Origin: Anthoceros angustus
Lineage: Eukaryota; Plantae; Anthocerotophyta
Direction: 5' to 3'
Assembly: GCA_010909165.1 (NCBI GenBank)
Contig: VJWM01000192.1
Span: forward strand, 248,001 to 312,000
Length of the DNA: 64,000 nt
The position numbers were made by a program, and so were the translations under genes. Below the pieces are notes generated by a model. The model made no database searches and had not been told where the DNA came from. It saw nothing but the letters and a program-made list of their open reading frames with translations. Below are positions 51,296-64,000 of this stretch, piece after piece. The stretch's first letter is position 1; every line of letters starts with the position of its first letter.

Positions 51296-52067
51296 TGTGG
51301 AGGAAGGAAGGGTAGATGAGTAGAGAAGAAGAGGGCGTTGTTGGAGAGAGTTGTGAGGAGGAATTAGTGTAGGAAAAGCGGAGGCCACAGGCGAGCCTAA
51401 GGGACGAATCCCAAATCAGTAAGAGGCGCTCCCGAGAAGAGTAGGAGGGCGAAATTGCGGTGTGGGTGAGGCGCCGGGGCGCCCGGCCCAGCAGCTCTTG
51501 TGCGCCACCTAGGGCCGGGCCTTGGCGCCCGGCCATGGAGTTGAGCGTTGAGCGCTGCGCCCGGCCATAAGCGTGAGGAGTTACCTGCGAGCGCTCCCCG
51601 CAGGCCTTTGGCCGCGCCGCTCCCGTACCTTCAAGCGTTTTGGTTGGTTGCTTGTCGAGTGAAACTTGCGTGCGGCGCAGCGGCGCGGAGCCCATGAGCC
51701 GAGCGCCCCGAAAGGCCGGCATGAGGCCGCAACAGCAGGCCCGCGCCCGCTGGTGGCGCTCAGCGTGGCTCAGGCCCGGCGCCAGGCGCGCCGCCATGGC
51801 GGCCGCTGAGCGCGGGCGTGGCCGCGTCTGGGGTGCAGCCGCTGGCATGCCATCTTGGGCGCAGGCGGCCGGCCGGTGGTAGCGCGCAGGCGTGTGTGAG
51901 GCGGCAAAGCCAGCCCAGCAGCCTGAGTTGCGGTGCAGCCAAACGCCGCGGTGAGCGTGGCCGAAATATTCGGTGGCCGATCAGAATAACGCAAAGACAC
52001 GACGACGGTGGCGCTTTCTTTGACTTTTCCGACAAGGCGAGTGAGTGTTTTAGACGATTTTTGAGTC

Positions 52068-55000
52068 ATGATGTCTTCATCGACGTCATGTTCAATATCG
52101 AAGTTAGATGGTACTAACTTCCCGTTTGGAAAGAACAAGTGTATAATGTTCTAGTCGGAAAAGCGGATCAAGCCCATAAAGTTGTTAGGCGTCAAACCGG
52201 ATAGTATGACACGGGATGAGTGGCGGGACTGGATGAGCTTGCTAGATCTACTATCATGCTAACATTGTCAAAAGCGGTGTACTTCAATGTGAAAGATAAG
52301 ACCACGAGTTACGGATTTGGCGGATGTGACTGTATGAGAAGCAAAGTGCGGCTTCTCGGTGTATTGGTTGAAGCGGTGGTGGACTTGAAGATGAAGGAAG
52401 GGCGAGGATGTCCGATCATCGAATGATTTCAATACCATTTTCAGACTCTCATCTCAAGGTATCACGTTCCCAGTTCCGTGAGAGCTATGTTTCATTGGTC
52501 ACATTACGGAGGTTGGGACACCTTTTCTGAGTAATTACACTTTGCTAGTGGTCTTACCATTGTAAATGTAGAAGGTAGCACATGGCGAGGAGGTGAGCAG
52601 GAAAAACATGGAACCTTCAAAAGGTTCCGGTGCCCTCATAGTGAGAGGGAGGTCCTGCGAAGGGAAGCAACCGAGAAGCTTCTCTCGTAGCAAATCTCGT
52701 AGTATAACAAGAATGTGGAGTGTCACTATTGTCACAAAGGGTCACTTCAAGAGTGCGAGAAGTTCAAAAGGACCAAGGAAAGAGAAGAAGCGGGGCGACA
52801 AGAAGGCGACTTAAATGCATCGAGTTGGAAGAGTTAAACTACATTGAGGAGATGTCCTTATCTCTTCTTACTTGAATCTTTTGATTAACGTGTGGATAGT
52901 CATTTATTACGCAATTGGATAATTGACTGCGGTGCATCTTTCCATGTTACTCGCATAGAGTGGTTTAGCACGTATGATGCTACAAGGAAAGGATCGTTAG
53001 GCTTGGAAATAACTATGCATGCGGATCGCGTGGGTGATGTGCAACTCAAGTTTGACAACGGATCTTCATTCATCTTTGAAGGGCGTTAGGCATGTTCGAA
53101 GTTGACAAAAGCATGATTAGCGCGGGGCGGTTGGATGATCTTTGGTTACCTTCTTTGGTTTGGGGATCACTCTTGGAAGATCTCAAAGGTTCTCTGTGTT
53201 AGCTCGTGGATCGAAGTGTGGCACTTTGTACTCACTTGAGGTAAACATCAAAGATCATGTGATGCATGTGAGCGACCAAATGTTTCCTTGTGGCATTGCG
53301 GTTAGGACATATGTCTCGAGAAGGGAATGAAGGTTTTATCTAGATTACGGTTATATCCTGTTCTTAACTTCTCGATCTCTCGATGTGTGAGCCTTTGTTT
53401 ATATGGGAAGCAGACAAAATCATCACATCGAACACGAGAGGTAAAAGTAAGTAAACCTCTTGAGTTGGTTCACGATGTATGTGGACCTATGCCTCTGCAT
53501 CATTAGGTGCCTCTATTTTGTCACTTTCATAGATGATTTCTCACGCAAGGTGTGGGTTTATCCTTTGAGGAAAAAGGATGAAGTTACGGGTGTTTGAAAT
53601 TTGTCACCCTTAGAGAATCGATCACCGATTGAAGTGTCTAAGGGCGGATAATGGTGGTGAAGTATGTTTAGCTTTCGGTCATTACATGATTCCAAGGAAT
53701 CAAATTATTGTAGTATCTCCTCCACAAAATGGTGTGGTGCGGATGAGCAGAACCATTCGGAGAGGATCGTGGTTTGTTGTCAAACTGGATTGCCTAATGG
53801 GTTTTGGGCGAGCGGTGTCTCTGCATTCATCTTATTGAGATCTCCTAATAAAATTTGTTGATGAGCGAGTTCGAGGAGCTATAGTGCAGGAAACCATCCT
53901 ACAAGCATCTGCGAGTGTTTGGGTACATGAGGCATGCCATGTTCCAAAGAGTTTGGGACAAGTTGGCACCTAAGTCCAAGAAATGTATTTTTCTTGGCTA
54001 TGGTGATTACGGTGAGATGGGATCGTTTGTGGGATCGAGGCTAGAAAGGTTGTTCGTACTAACGTGTTCGTGTTCTTCAATGAGAACAAGATGCGGAAGC
54101 CTACTCCAAGCTGTGGAGTGCGAAGGGTGATCTTCAAGAAGATGGACATGATCATCATGGGCGGGTTGATAGTGGGTAATGTGGGAGCACATTCCTCCGA
54201 TAGATGAACCAAGAGTCGAACAAGCTCCTATAGAGGTGCACAGTGCCGTGGGTCGAGGCGGGATTACCGACCTCACGGTATGATCCATCTTTGGATTATG
54301 TTATCTTGGCAGTTGTGGGAACCCTCTTCTTACAAAGAGGCTCTGTCAGCGTAACAAGAGAAGTGGGAGAAGGCCATGCGATCGAAATGAATTATTGCAT
54401 AAGAACCAAACTTGGGAGTTGGTTGGTTGCCTAGGATAAGAAGGCACTCTGGTGCAAATGGGTGTACAAGATGAAGGTCATACCCTTGATGGCAAACCAA
54501 AGTACAAGGCCCGATTGGTTGCTAAGGGTTTCAAGCAACAACAGGCATTGACTTTGATGAGATTTTCTCACCGATAGTCAAAATGACAACTTTGCGATGT
54601 GTTCTTGCTTTGGTTGCGAGGATGATATGGAACTTGTATGCGGATGGATGTCAAGGCGGCATTCTTGCATGGTGACCTTCAAGAGGCGTCTACATGCGGC
54701 AACGGAAGGTTTTGTTGAGAAGGGCAAGCATCTATGCGAGGTTGAGGAAGAGCCTTTATGGTTTGAAACAGGCACCGGTGGTATCACAAGTTCCACTCAT
54801 TTATGCTTTCTCAAGGCTACAAGCGTGGCGATGAGGATCATTGCCTCTATCTGAAGCAAGCTAAGGATCAAAGCTTGCTCATTTGATCCTCTATGTGGAT
54901 GATATGCTAATTCTTTGGAGCGATCTTGATGAGATTTGTTGAAGTCAAAGTTGAATGCTCACTTTGAAATAGCGGACTTGGGAGGCGAGCCATATACTTG

Positions 55001-56060
55001 GCATGCGTATTCGTCGGAGCAGACATAAGCGTGCTTTATTTGTCTCGACGGAATACATTAACAGTGTGCGTTTCAACATGGAGAAGGGAAGCCATTGGGT
55101 ACTCCATTGCCTCCATATGTGAAACTTTCAAGCGGATTGCCCAAGCTACGAGGAGGACAAAGTGAAATGGAGAAGGTCCCATACTCATCGGTGTAGGGAG
55201 TTTGATGTATGCAATGATTGCTACGTCACGACATTGCCTTTGCGGTGGGAGTGGTTAGCGAGTTTATGTCAAACCACAGCAAGAAGCATTGGGAGGCGAT
55301 AAAAGGAGTTATGAGGTATCGAATGGTACAAAAGCTTTGTGCATATGTTTTGGTAGTGAAGATGCATGTGTGGTTGGGTACAGATCTTTGATTATGCGAG
55401 GATATGGACAAAGGAGGTCCACATCAGTTATGTCTTCACGTGCCTTTGGAGGCGATCTCATGGCGATCTCGTTTGCGATCGTGCATTCGCTATCTACCAG
55501 GAGTATGTTGCAGAGGCTTGCAAGGAAGCCATATGGCTTGCTCGTTTAGTGGGAGACTTGGGGATCAAGGTTGGCTGCCGGTGTTGCATTGTGATAGCAG
55601 TGCTATCAATTGGCAAAGAATCCGATGTTTCATGCGAAGACTAAACATGTGGATGTGAAGTATCACTTCATTCGAGAGGTGTTGGACGAGAACTTGTCAA
55701 GGTTCACACGGCGAACCTAGATATTCTTACCAAGGGACTCTCTCTGACAATTTGCACAAGCTCGGACAACATGGGCAGATAGTCCATTCTCCTCGGTAAA
55801 TTGGCCTTTAAGTGGGAGGTTGTAAGGGTATTAAAGCCCAATGTACTTAGACTAATACACTTAGTCTAAGTTAGGTGTCGATTAAGTATCATTAGTTTAG
55901 CTTGCTAATCACTAGGAAGCTTCTTGTGCTCCTTCCTAGGAGCTTCTTGTGGAGCTTCCTAGGAGCCTATTGGAGGTATAAATACCCTCCAAGCCTCATC
56001 TCAATGTGAGAGCTACTCTGCCTCCTCCTCTCCTTTTTCCACCAAAGATGGTCGCCCGAT
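52068..56060 (+). mobile_element. Ty1/Copia gag-pol (frameshifted) with PPT and 3' LTR
   Basis: gag MFNIExLDGTNF; protease WIIDCGASFH; IN LRADNGGE..PQNGV; RT YVDDML ~54893; RNase H TKHVDVKYHFIRE; PPT AAGTGGGAG then TGTAAGGG at 55821. Confidence 0.9.
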
Positions 56061-58429
56061 CCTTCATCCTTCACTGGATAGACGCGTCTTCTTTAAGACG
56101 AATCGCAACTGTGTGGGTGTCGTTGTAGGTTGAGGCTTGGTGAATTCTGAAGCAAGGCAAAGTGTAGGCTGGTAGAGGAGCGTGAGGCTTTGCTTGTTTA
56201 GAAGGTCGAGGTAGTGTGGCTGGTGGTGACGGATTCTCAAGATTCTGACTGCTCCCCAAGTCTCATGGGACGAAAACCCAACGTCACGAAACGATGGGAT
56301 AAGTGTGGCGCTGGAGGGTGCATCTGAAGCCCGGATCCGCCTCCCACACTCCATGTGTTCGCCCGCCAACAAGGCATGAAGTCGCCCTCCACCAAGGTGA
56401 AGCAGCCTCAACGATCATGTCTACCGCCTGAGCGGTAATGGCCTTCGCTATTCACTTTGAAATCAGATGCAAAGAAATGGTCCACCCTGCTGTGAGTGAA
56501 CAAAACCCTCGATCGATACCAGAAGTTTGCCCCAATTGTCACAATAGTGACAATGCTCATGCCGTAGATGGGTCGTAAGCATGGACCTTAACGCATAACT
56601 GGGCCACCCACGTAAGGTAACGACGTTGATCCCAATAGGGCCCCTCTCGCACATATATGTGTTTCCACATCCACTTGTGAAATTGTGCCTCCTCCGCAAT
56701 GACGTCCGCAAGTTCCCACCAATCCAATGCCTTGTTGGGTGCCGAGGTAATTTCTCCAAATTGGGCCACCGCACCACCGAAGTGTGAACAAGTGCTCTCC
56801 CAACATGGCCACAATACAATTTCTCCCTTGCGCCTCAACCGAGGACGACGATGTGTTCACGCCAATTCTCTGAGTGCCTCAACCGCTTGGTGCACGAATA
56901 TTGCGAGCTCCTTTGCTCGACCTAGGAACCCAAGACCCAACCTTTCGAAGCTCCCAAACTTTCCTGCTCGCCGAGCCGCCGCGAAGACACGCCCATCATC
57001 CTCCAAACTTGCTCTTGCGTGACAAACCGATGATGCATTTGCAACCCCGCCTCCATGACTTGGAGCACCCACCTACCCTCTCCCCCCCACACATATGGGG
57101 TGTGCACATCGCCAAAGTGACGCCCACACGCACACCTTCTCATCGCTTTCCACCGCCCGAGGGCTGCACTCCAAATTGAGACACAGCACATCTGCCATCC
57201 GGTTTTTCCGGCGGTGGAGTTGGTCGCCGGAGTCGGACTCAACCCGAATGTGCACGCCACCACAATCGCGGCCGTCGGCACGCCTTATGCCTGCGGTACT
57301 CTATGGGCGGTTCGCCATTGCCAATGATACCAGGCTCCATGTGTTGTCGTAATTGGCCGACATCGGGCAAGTAGTAAGGCTCTGTGTGCCATCCATGGCG
57401 GTCCCGTGGCGCGAGAAATGTGTAAAGGTAAGCAGGCAAAGTGCGCATATGCAAGCAAGTGCAAATAGAATGGGAGTCAACCTCGAGTGACAAACACGCT
57501 TTAATCGTGAACTTTGGGAAGGCAATGCTTTCAACTTTACTTCAATTCAACAACTTCGCTTACACACACCCTTTGTGGAAGTGCTACAAAACTCCAACAT
57601 CCTCCGGCGATTCCCAATCGTGGTGCACTTGTTGTCTGGTCATGGCATGTTTGCGTGCCCCATCAGAAATAAACACCTAGGATACCGGCATCTGCCACTT
57701 GCAACGTCTTCTGGCAAACGGCTAGTGCAGGCTTGCAATGCGGCGACGACAGTTTGGAATGCTTCGTCTTCAAATGGAGGTTGCGGCCTTCTCCGCCACA
57801 TTGTGACCGTGTGTTGGGTGATGTTGGGAGCTCCATGTCTTCGGTCTGTGGAAAACTCTTCTCGGTCTGTGCATACATCTTCGCGCATATGAGGAGAACT
57901 CTGGACGTTGTTGCGGCGATAGCCTTCCGATGGACGCAACGGAAAGAATCGATCGCCGACTATACCTGGTGTTGGCAAATGCCAGTCTACCAATGCCTCG
58001 TACCACGGGGCATTGGCGTGTGGTAATGCAGCCATCTCCTCAAGCCCGACAGTGATGCCATCCAATGTTAGCTGTTCATCGACAATATAACAAGGTTCGT
58101 CTGTTGCTGGTTGGCATCGACCTGGAAAGTGGGTGTGCGTGGTATGTGAGAGAGGTGGTGCTGGCCCATGTCGCATTTGAAGTCTATTGTGAACATCCAC
58201 ATGTGATGATAGATGCCGCCCATGAGAATACGAACGGAGAAGCAGAGTGCGTTGTTGGCGTCCCATCCTTCTCATCAACGAGCTCGATACCCGCATGTCG
58301 TCGGGAAAGTGAGCGTGCCTCCAATGCCTTTCTATGGACGACACGTAAACATTCTTCAGCCGGGTGGGGTATTTTGAGTTTGAACCATCGGTTGCAATGC
58401 CGCGTATCTAATCCGGACTTGAGACATGC

Positions 58430-61400
58430 TATGTCCATGCCCGCCGAACATAGCAACACCCATCCTCGCACATTTCACAAAGAAACATTGTGAGGAAACT
58501 ATCCGTCGTTGGTATCGAAGCGAGTGCCGTGGAATATGCAAGCATGTTCTCCTACTTGATTACGTGACTTGTTTAAGGTTATGCATCTCATTTATTTTTT
58601 CGGGCTTTCAATGCACAGAGGAATTTGCGCCCCTCGCCCATTCCCGAGGATGAGACGTGGGCATGCCGCCATTCCCGCTAGGTGCGGTTTGAATCCATCC
58701 GATGAGCAACACATGTCTCCTCCACTCGGCGACATCAATACGCCACAAAGAACTGATGTATTAATTTATGCCCACCCACCGTGATTGAGGAGAACGAACG
58801 CTCGATGGCGGCACATGGTATGGATGATGTGGACATCGATGACAAGATGGCGGTTGGGATCCCCAACAAGTGCCCATGATGAAAAAAATTGCGGAAACAC
58901 CATTGTTCACAAAGTTGCGAACATTGCGCTACGTAAACTTCTCTCACTGCGACACTTCTGCTCCTATCAATCCAATCCAAGTTCGGTATATCTGATGTTG
59001 CCATGACAGCTATATTGGAGGCTCTTCGCCACTACGCATCGAAACTCGCTGCCACGGTCCATGGCGGAGGCAAAGAAAACCCTATATATGTTTGGGCCCA
59101 AGGTCGAAAAGATTCACGCCTGTGTTAATGACTGTTTGCTTTTCCGTGGACCATATGCTTCCGAAATTTGCCAGAAATGTGCATCGGCCAGATATGTGTC
59201 TGGCACGGGTCTACCAAATGGTACTAGGAGAAAAAGTCCTCCGCATTCTCAAGTCGACCGTATGGACGTAGACAACCGCGCTCATGACTTCGTGACAATG
59301 CGGAGCGTGGATGGTTCCATGGGCATCATCGATACACCGCATGGGCGTTTCGGATGGGTTGGACGGTTTTGGCTTGGAACCGCCAAATATTCGCTTTTGC
59401 TCGCCAGATGGGTTTAATCCTTTTGGGCATAAGTCTACATCCCATTCCATTTGGCGTGTTGTTGTGCACAACCTACCACCATGGTTGAGTACAAGTCTCA
59501 CAATATCATAATGCCAATTATAGTGCGGGCCCCACATTGTCCCGAATTTCGATGTCTACATGGAGCCACTATTGCAGGAGTTGAGTGACCTTTGTGGGAT
59601 ACCAATGGAAGACTTCTCATTAAGGCAGCCCAGAAATTCATGCGCTATTTTGCACACGATAGCCGATTGGGCTTGGGAACATTGTCGGGGTTTCGTGAAA
59701 GGGTCAGCATGTATGGAATGTTGGGATGCATTAGGATCCCGGCGGGCGAAGAACCTTCAAAGGAGGTATATCGCCGATGCCACCCAACCACCCCACGCCG
59801 CCTTCATTCAATATGTACAATGGCGAAGTGGAAAGGCGCTCACGCCACACGCACCAACTTATGCCACGGTCATCTCCGACATGGAACATAGGGAGAAAGC
59901 AACATCGAGGAGTTGAGGGAGCGAGGGTTGTTCGGCACCCGCCGTCGTCGCCGTGGGTTCAAATATTTACCATATTGGAGGGATATGCGAGTGGGCAGAA
60001 GGATGTGATGCACGTTGAAAGAAACAATGCGAGACTATCCGCACACTCTAACAGGAGAAAAGGATGACTTGAAATCCCGGTTGGACATGGAAGAATACGG
60101 TGGGAAGCACGACTTGTGGCCTCGTGGAGCCAATAGGGACCAATATACTCCGACGTATGTGTTATCGCTCCGGACTTGGAGAAGGTTATGAAGGAAATGC
60201 AAGCAATCAAACTACCCACGGATATGCTTCTAACATCGCAAAAAGCTAGCTCGCAAAGTGGGAGTTTAAAAGCACACGATCATATGTACTAATGGAAATA
60301 TACTTCCCAATTGTTTTAAGGGGAAGAATTAAACCAGATGTGTACAAGGCGGTGGCCGGGTTGAGCAAACTTTATCGGTGGATATGCCGAGAATCCTGTG
60401 GCATGAGGTGGGAAGAATGCAAGTGAGTGCATCAAAGTCATGTGCGACTTGGAGAGGAATTCCCACCTAAATTGTTTGATATTTCCACCCACCTCATTAT
60501 TCATCTTGTGGATGAGGTCGCACTTCTGGGCCCTGTTCATGTCAGATGGATGTATCCGGTTGAAAGATATCTAGGAAGGAGGAAGGAAGACATCCGACAA
60601 CGCAGCAAACCGGAGGGAAGCATGGCAGAGGGGTATGTTCGAGAGGAGGCTGTCATGTTTGCAAAGGCTTACCTTCGGCGACATCATCCGCAAACAGCCC
60701 ATATTTACGGTGAGAAAGATGATCACGACGTGAACTGCTAGGAATGGGGCCACAAGTTCACCACGTGAGCTCCACCAGTCCACAATTTTGTGTTGAGACA
60801 CACGATGGTTCTTGACCCCTTCCTACAACTTTACAACGAAGAGGTCATGGATGTTGATGATGAAGAGCAATCTTTCCGCGGTTCTGCGCCGGGATTACGG
60901 AAGGTGGGAGTCATCTGACTTATGATCTGTTGCCATAATGGATGGGCCTTCTATTTTGGCGACTACTTATAGGCACATGTGGAGCAATGGTAGCCACCTA
61001 CGCACCTTTGCAGCAGACGAAGACCGTCGCGCCACTCAGGACAACGGAGTTTGTACAAAGTATGTCATGGGAGACGGTGTACAGCGGACATACTATGGCA
61101 ATGTAGCGGAAATAATTCGAGTGCAGGATTCGAGCCAATGGTCCTTAAGGTCAAGTGGTTTGAGTGTAATCCAAGTGGGAGATCCCAATCCATTCGCGAA
61201 ACTTACGGTGGATTTGATCTCGTGTTCAAAGGCACGCACACATATGTTGCGTATGGAGTTGACACCCTTTCATATGGCCACATCAAGTTACATAATGCAT
61301 ATTCCATGCTAAAGCACAGGCGGAGAATAGAGGCTGGGCTTTATGTGCACGCGCTGCGGGTGGAGGGAGAGCGAGTCGACTGAATAAGGACTCGGGGGCT
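58430..61400 (+). mobile_element. CACTA (En/Spm) TnpD transposase pseudogene (Transposase_21 and DUF4218-like regions)
   Basis: EKIHACVNDCLLFRG..C..C...RY; DGFNPFG..SHSIW..NLPPW; DVYMEPLLQEL; DVMHVERN; FPPKLFDISTHLIIHLVDEV.LLGPVHVRWMYPVERY..PEGSMAEGY. Confidence 0.92.
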
Positions 61401-61479
61401 TCATAGAATTTTCTTCTTATGCGACTTGAGTTGGAACACGTATGAACATGGGTTTCATTACAAAAAAAAGCAACCGCGG

Positions 61480-63050
61480 GCTTGGCGCGACATTGGGACA
61501 CACTCCGCCGCTCTAAGGCTTATCGCCGCAACGCTCTGACCGAGTATAGGACCCACCATGTCCGCCGCTCTTCTCCAAACCATTCCGCAATGGGAGATCC
61601 GCACCAGTCCATCCAATGTGTAATATCTAGCAACAATGACCCACCTCCAAGACACGCCTCCGCATCCAAAACCTCGCCCGCCCGCAAAGTTGCAAGCCAT
61701 CGCCGCGCGCCTTCATCGGAAGTTGGGGCGCCGGTGGAAGCGGCGGTGCCCAGCGCCCGCCACGTTTGATGGTACCCTCCACCTCGGCAAGAAATTGGTG
61801 TATCCGTTGCTTCCATCCGGCGCCGCCATGCCCATTACACTGCACACCTACAAAGCCGCCCAAACCATAAGATACGAAGACGATCAGCAAAGACAATATG
61901 GCCAATTGAATGAAAGCGCGAAATCCAAGGCAATCGACCGACCGCAGTCTTCAATGCAAACCAGGGCAAATGGGTGGGAGGGAGGAGGCGAAATGGAAGC
62001 CTTATATCCCGAGAAAGGCTGCATGATGCATGACGAGGATGGACTCACGCGCTACCGTCGACAAGTGTGAAGCGTGCATGGAAATATTCACCGCCGCTGG
62101 CCACCGTCTGAGAGAACGGCTTTCCATTTTAATGTTCCACCATACAATGCTATATACCATGTTTGAGGAGAGGCGGTGTCCTTGGAACATGGTCTTTTCC
62201 CAACAAGATACCATGTCATCGAACCATGATATTTCCGCTCATACCATGCTCCTTGGAACATGGGGATGTCATGATACTCAGATACATAGGGCGGAAATTA
62301 TGCATTTGTGTATGTACCTTGTTCCTTGGACCATGGTACTTTGCACAAACCATGTCGTGGGGACATGGTGATGGCATGGGAGGAAGTTCCTTGGTTGATG
62401 GGTTCGATGCCTATATATGTCATGCTATATATATGGCTGGTAAATGGGATGAATGACATATTGAATGTGACAACCGCGTGCATGCACTTGAGTCATCATG
62501 ATGCTTGGCTGGCACGCGTTCCTCAAAGTTGTCGGAGGCACGCCGGCCCGCGAAAGGAATGTGACACCACGCATGTTCCTGGGCATCAACTTCAGTCATC
62601 ACTGCGTATGTGCAAGACACCTGCCTCTCAATCCATACATGGCTCCCCAGGGGAAGGCATTTGCCTCCCTCGCAAAGTATATGTTATATGAGTTGTGTAA
62701 ATTTCTGGCTATAGGGAATGAAACTAAAATAGAGATTTCAGAAATGTCCCTCAATGGAAACTGTAACGTGCAGGGCTGTAACGAACGGCACTCGTTATGC
62801 CATAACAAGAGATTACTTGAAGTGTAACAAGACATGCATGCCACCGCTCAAAATGGCGTGTCCTTGACCACCGCTCGCGCTGTCTGCATGCAGGAAGCGG
62901 GGTGCATGGGGTTTTGTGCAGGGTTATTTGAAAGGCAGATCATTTATCACAAGCCATCACAACTTCACTCAAATCTTATCGGCAGATCTCCGCACCACCG
63001 CCGACAGGGAGTACTGGATGGCTCCTACCATGGACTAATTTTCCTTGGTG
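61480..63050 (+). pseudogene. Possible second (TnpA-position) ORF of the CACTA element, fragmented
   Basis: Sense ORF pieces immediately downstream of TnpD; no recognisable motif; positional inference only. Confidence 0.3.
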
Positions 63051-64000
63051 CAAGTCATTTCAACAACGTGGCGAAGAAACCGCCCAGGCAACGGATGGTC
63101 TCAGTAACCCCGACGCCTTCCATACCTTAATTAGGCGGTAAGCCACATGGTTAGCACTAAGTCACTAAAGGTGGTCATCAACATGAGGCGAATGGTTATG
63201 AACATGGTGGCGGCATTGAGGAATTCAACCTCCATCTCCACCACTTGCAGTGGGGGAGATACACGATCACCATGGAGTTCCCACACGGTGAACCAGATTC
63301 GATCCGTCTCATTCCAGCGAGTGTCCGTCAGGAAGCCCATGAAGCGATGCCGCCGCTCGCGGTACCCGATTTCGACGCTTGGACTATCGAGGCAAATGCA
63401 CCGGTCATCCGAGGCGAAGACGGCGGCAGTTGCCAGCCGCCCGAACGCTCACCCCTATATCCACCCGACGGCGCAAGATTCAGCGAGGAGGTCAAGGAAA
63501 TCTGTGATCGACTTCGGTATCGTCGCATGTCGCATTGCATAATGCTTGGGGTCGAACTTTGTTGGTGGGCAAGCTGGCGGCTACGCATTTCACGTTTCAT
63601 CAGATGTCCTTGCTCCAGTGATCGCTACTCGTCCTTCCCTTACCTTCGGATCGATCTCTTGGTTTGAAGTGTATCTCCTTCCTTCCGGGAAGTGTTTTGT
63701 CTGCGAGCGAGTCCTAGCTGTGGACGACCTACTCGTACCAGGAGGCCGTGAGCAGTGACCACAATTCCGTATAGGTGCTCCCGCTGACAGCGGACCGGAC
63801 AACTCCTGCGCGCCGTGACATGTCTTACAGGGTTTTGGTGGATGGCTCACGCCAACTCAAACTGCATCTTAATGGCCTCGTGATGAGGTTCACTTGACCC
63901 AGTGTCGTGCGTCCTTAATCACGCACCAGCGATTTCTACAACCACCGCGCCCCAGGTCCGGGTATTATGAGATACCACTCTTACCTCCACGTTCTTGGCC

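Noticed and set aside
63130-64000. Possible gene or gag remnant at the window end
   Set aside because: Competing ORFs on both strands with no recognisable motif; cannot be supported

Overview
Eukaryotic nuclear DNA from a streptophyte plant. Short GT-AG introns and GC-rich genes suggest a bryophyte or lycophyte such as a hornwort, but the species cannot be determined from the sequence. Positions 1-13.8 kb are a gene island with four intron-containing + strand genes: the 3' part of APE1, starch synthase 4, a PLATZ transcription factor and the mitochondrial beta-barrel OM47. From about 14.1 kb to the end is a nested transposon block with many frameshifts, containing Ty3/Gypsy, Athila-like, Ty1/Copia, Sola-like, CACTA and LINE sequences. 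The main find is a Ty3/Gypsy element (16101-25366) whose pol reads protease - C5 cytosine DNA methyltransferase (DNMT3-like motifs) - RT - RNase H - integrase - PHD finger. Its ends are split direct repeats (A...B-A-B) rather than two ordinary LTRs. A second, divergent protease-DNMT fragment lies at 14.3-15.3 kb on the minus strand. All domain calls are by-eye motif recognition across frameshifts and need HMM confirmation. Coordinates marked ~ are approximate.
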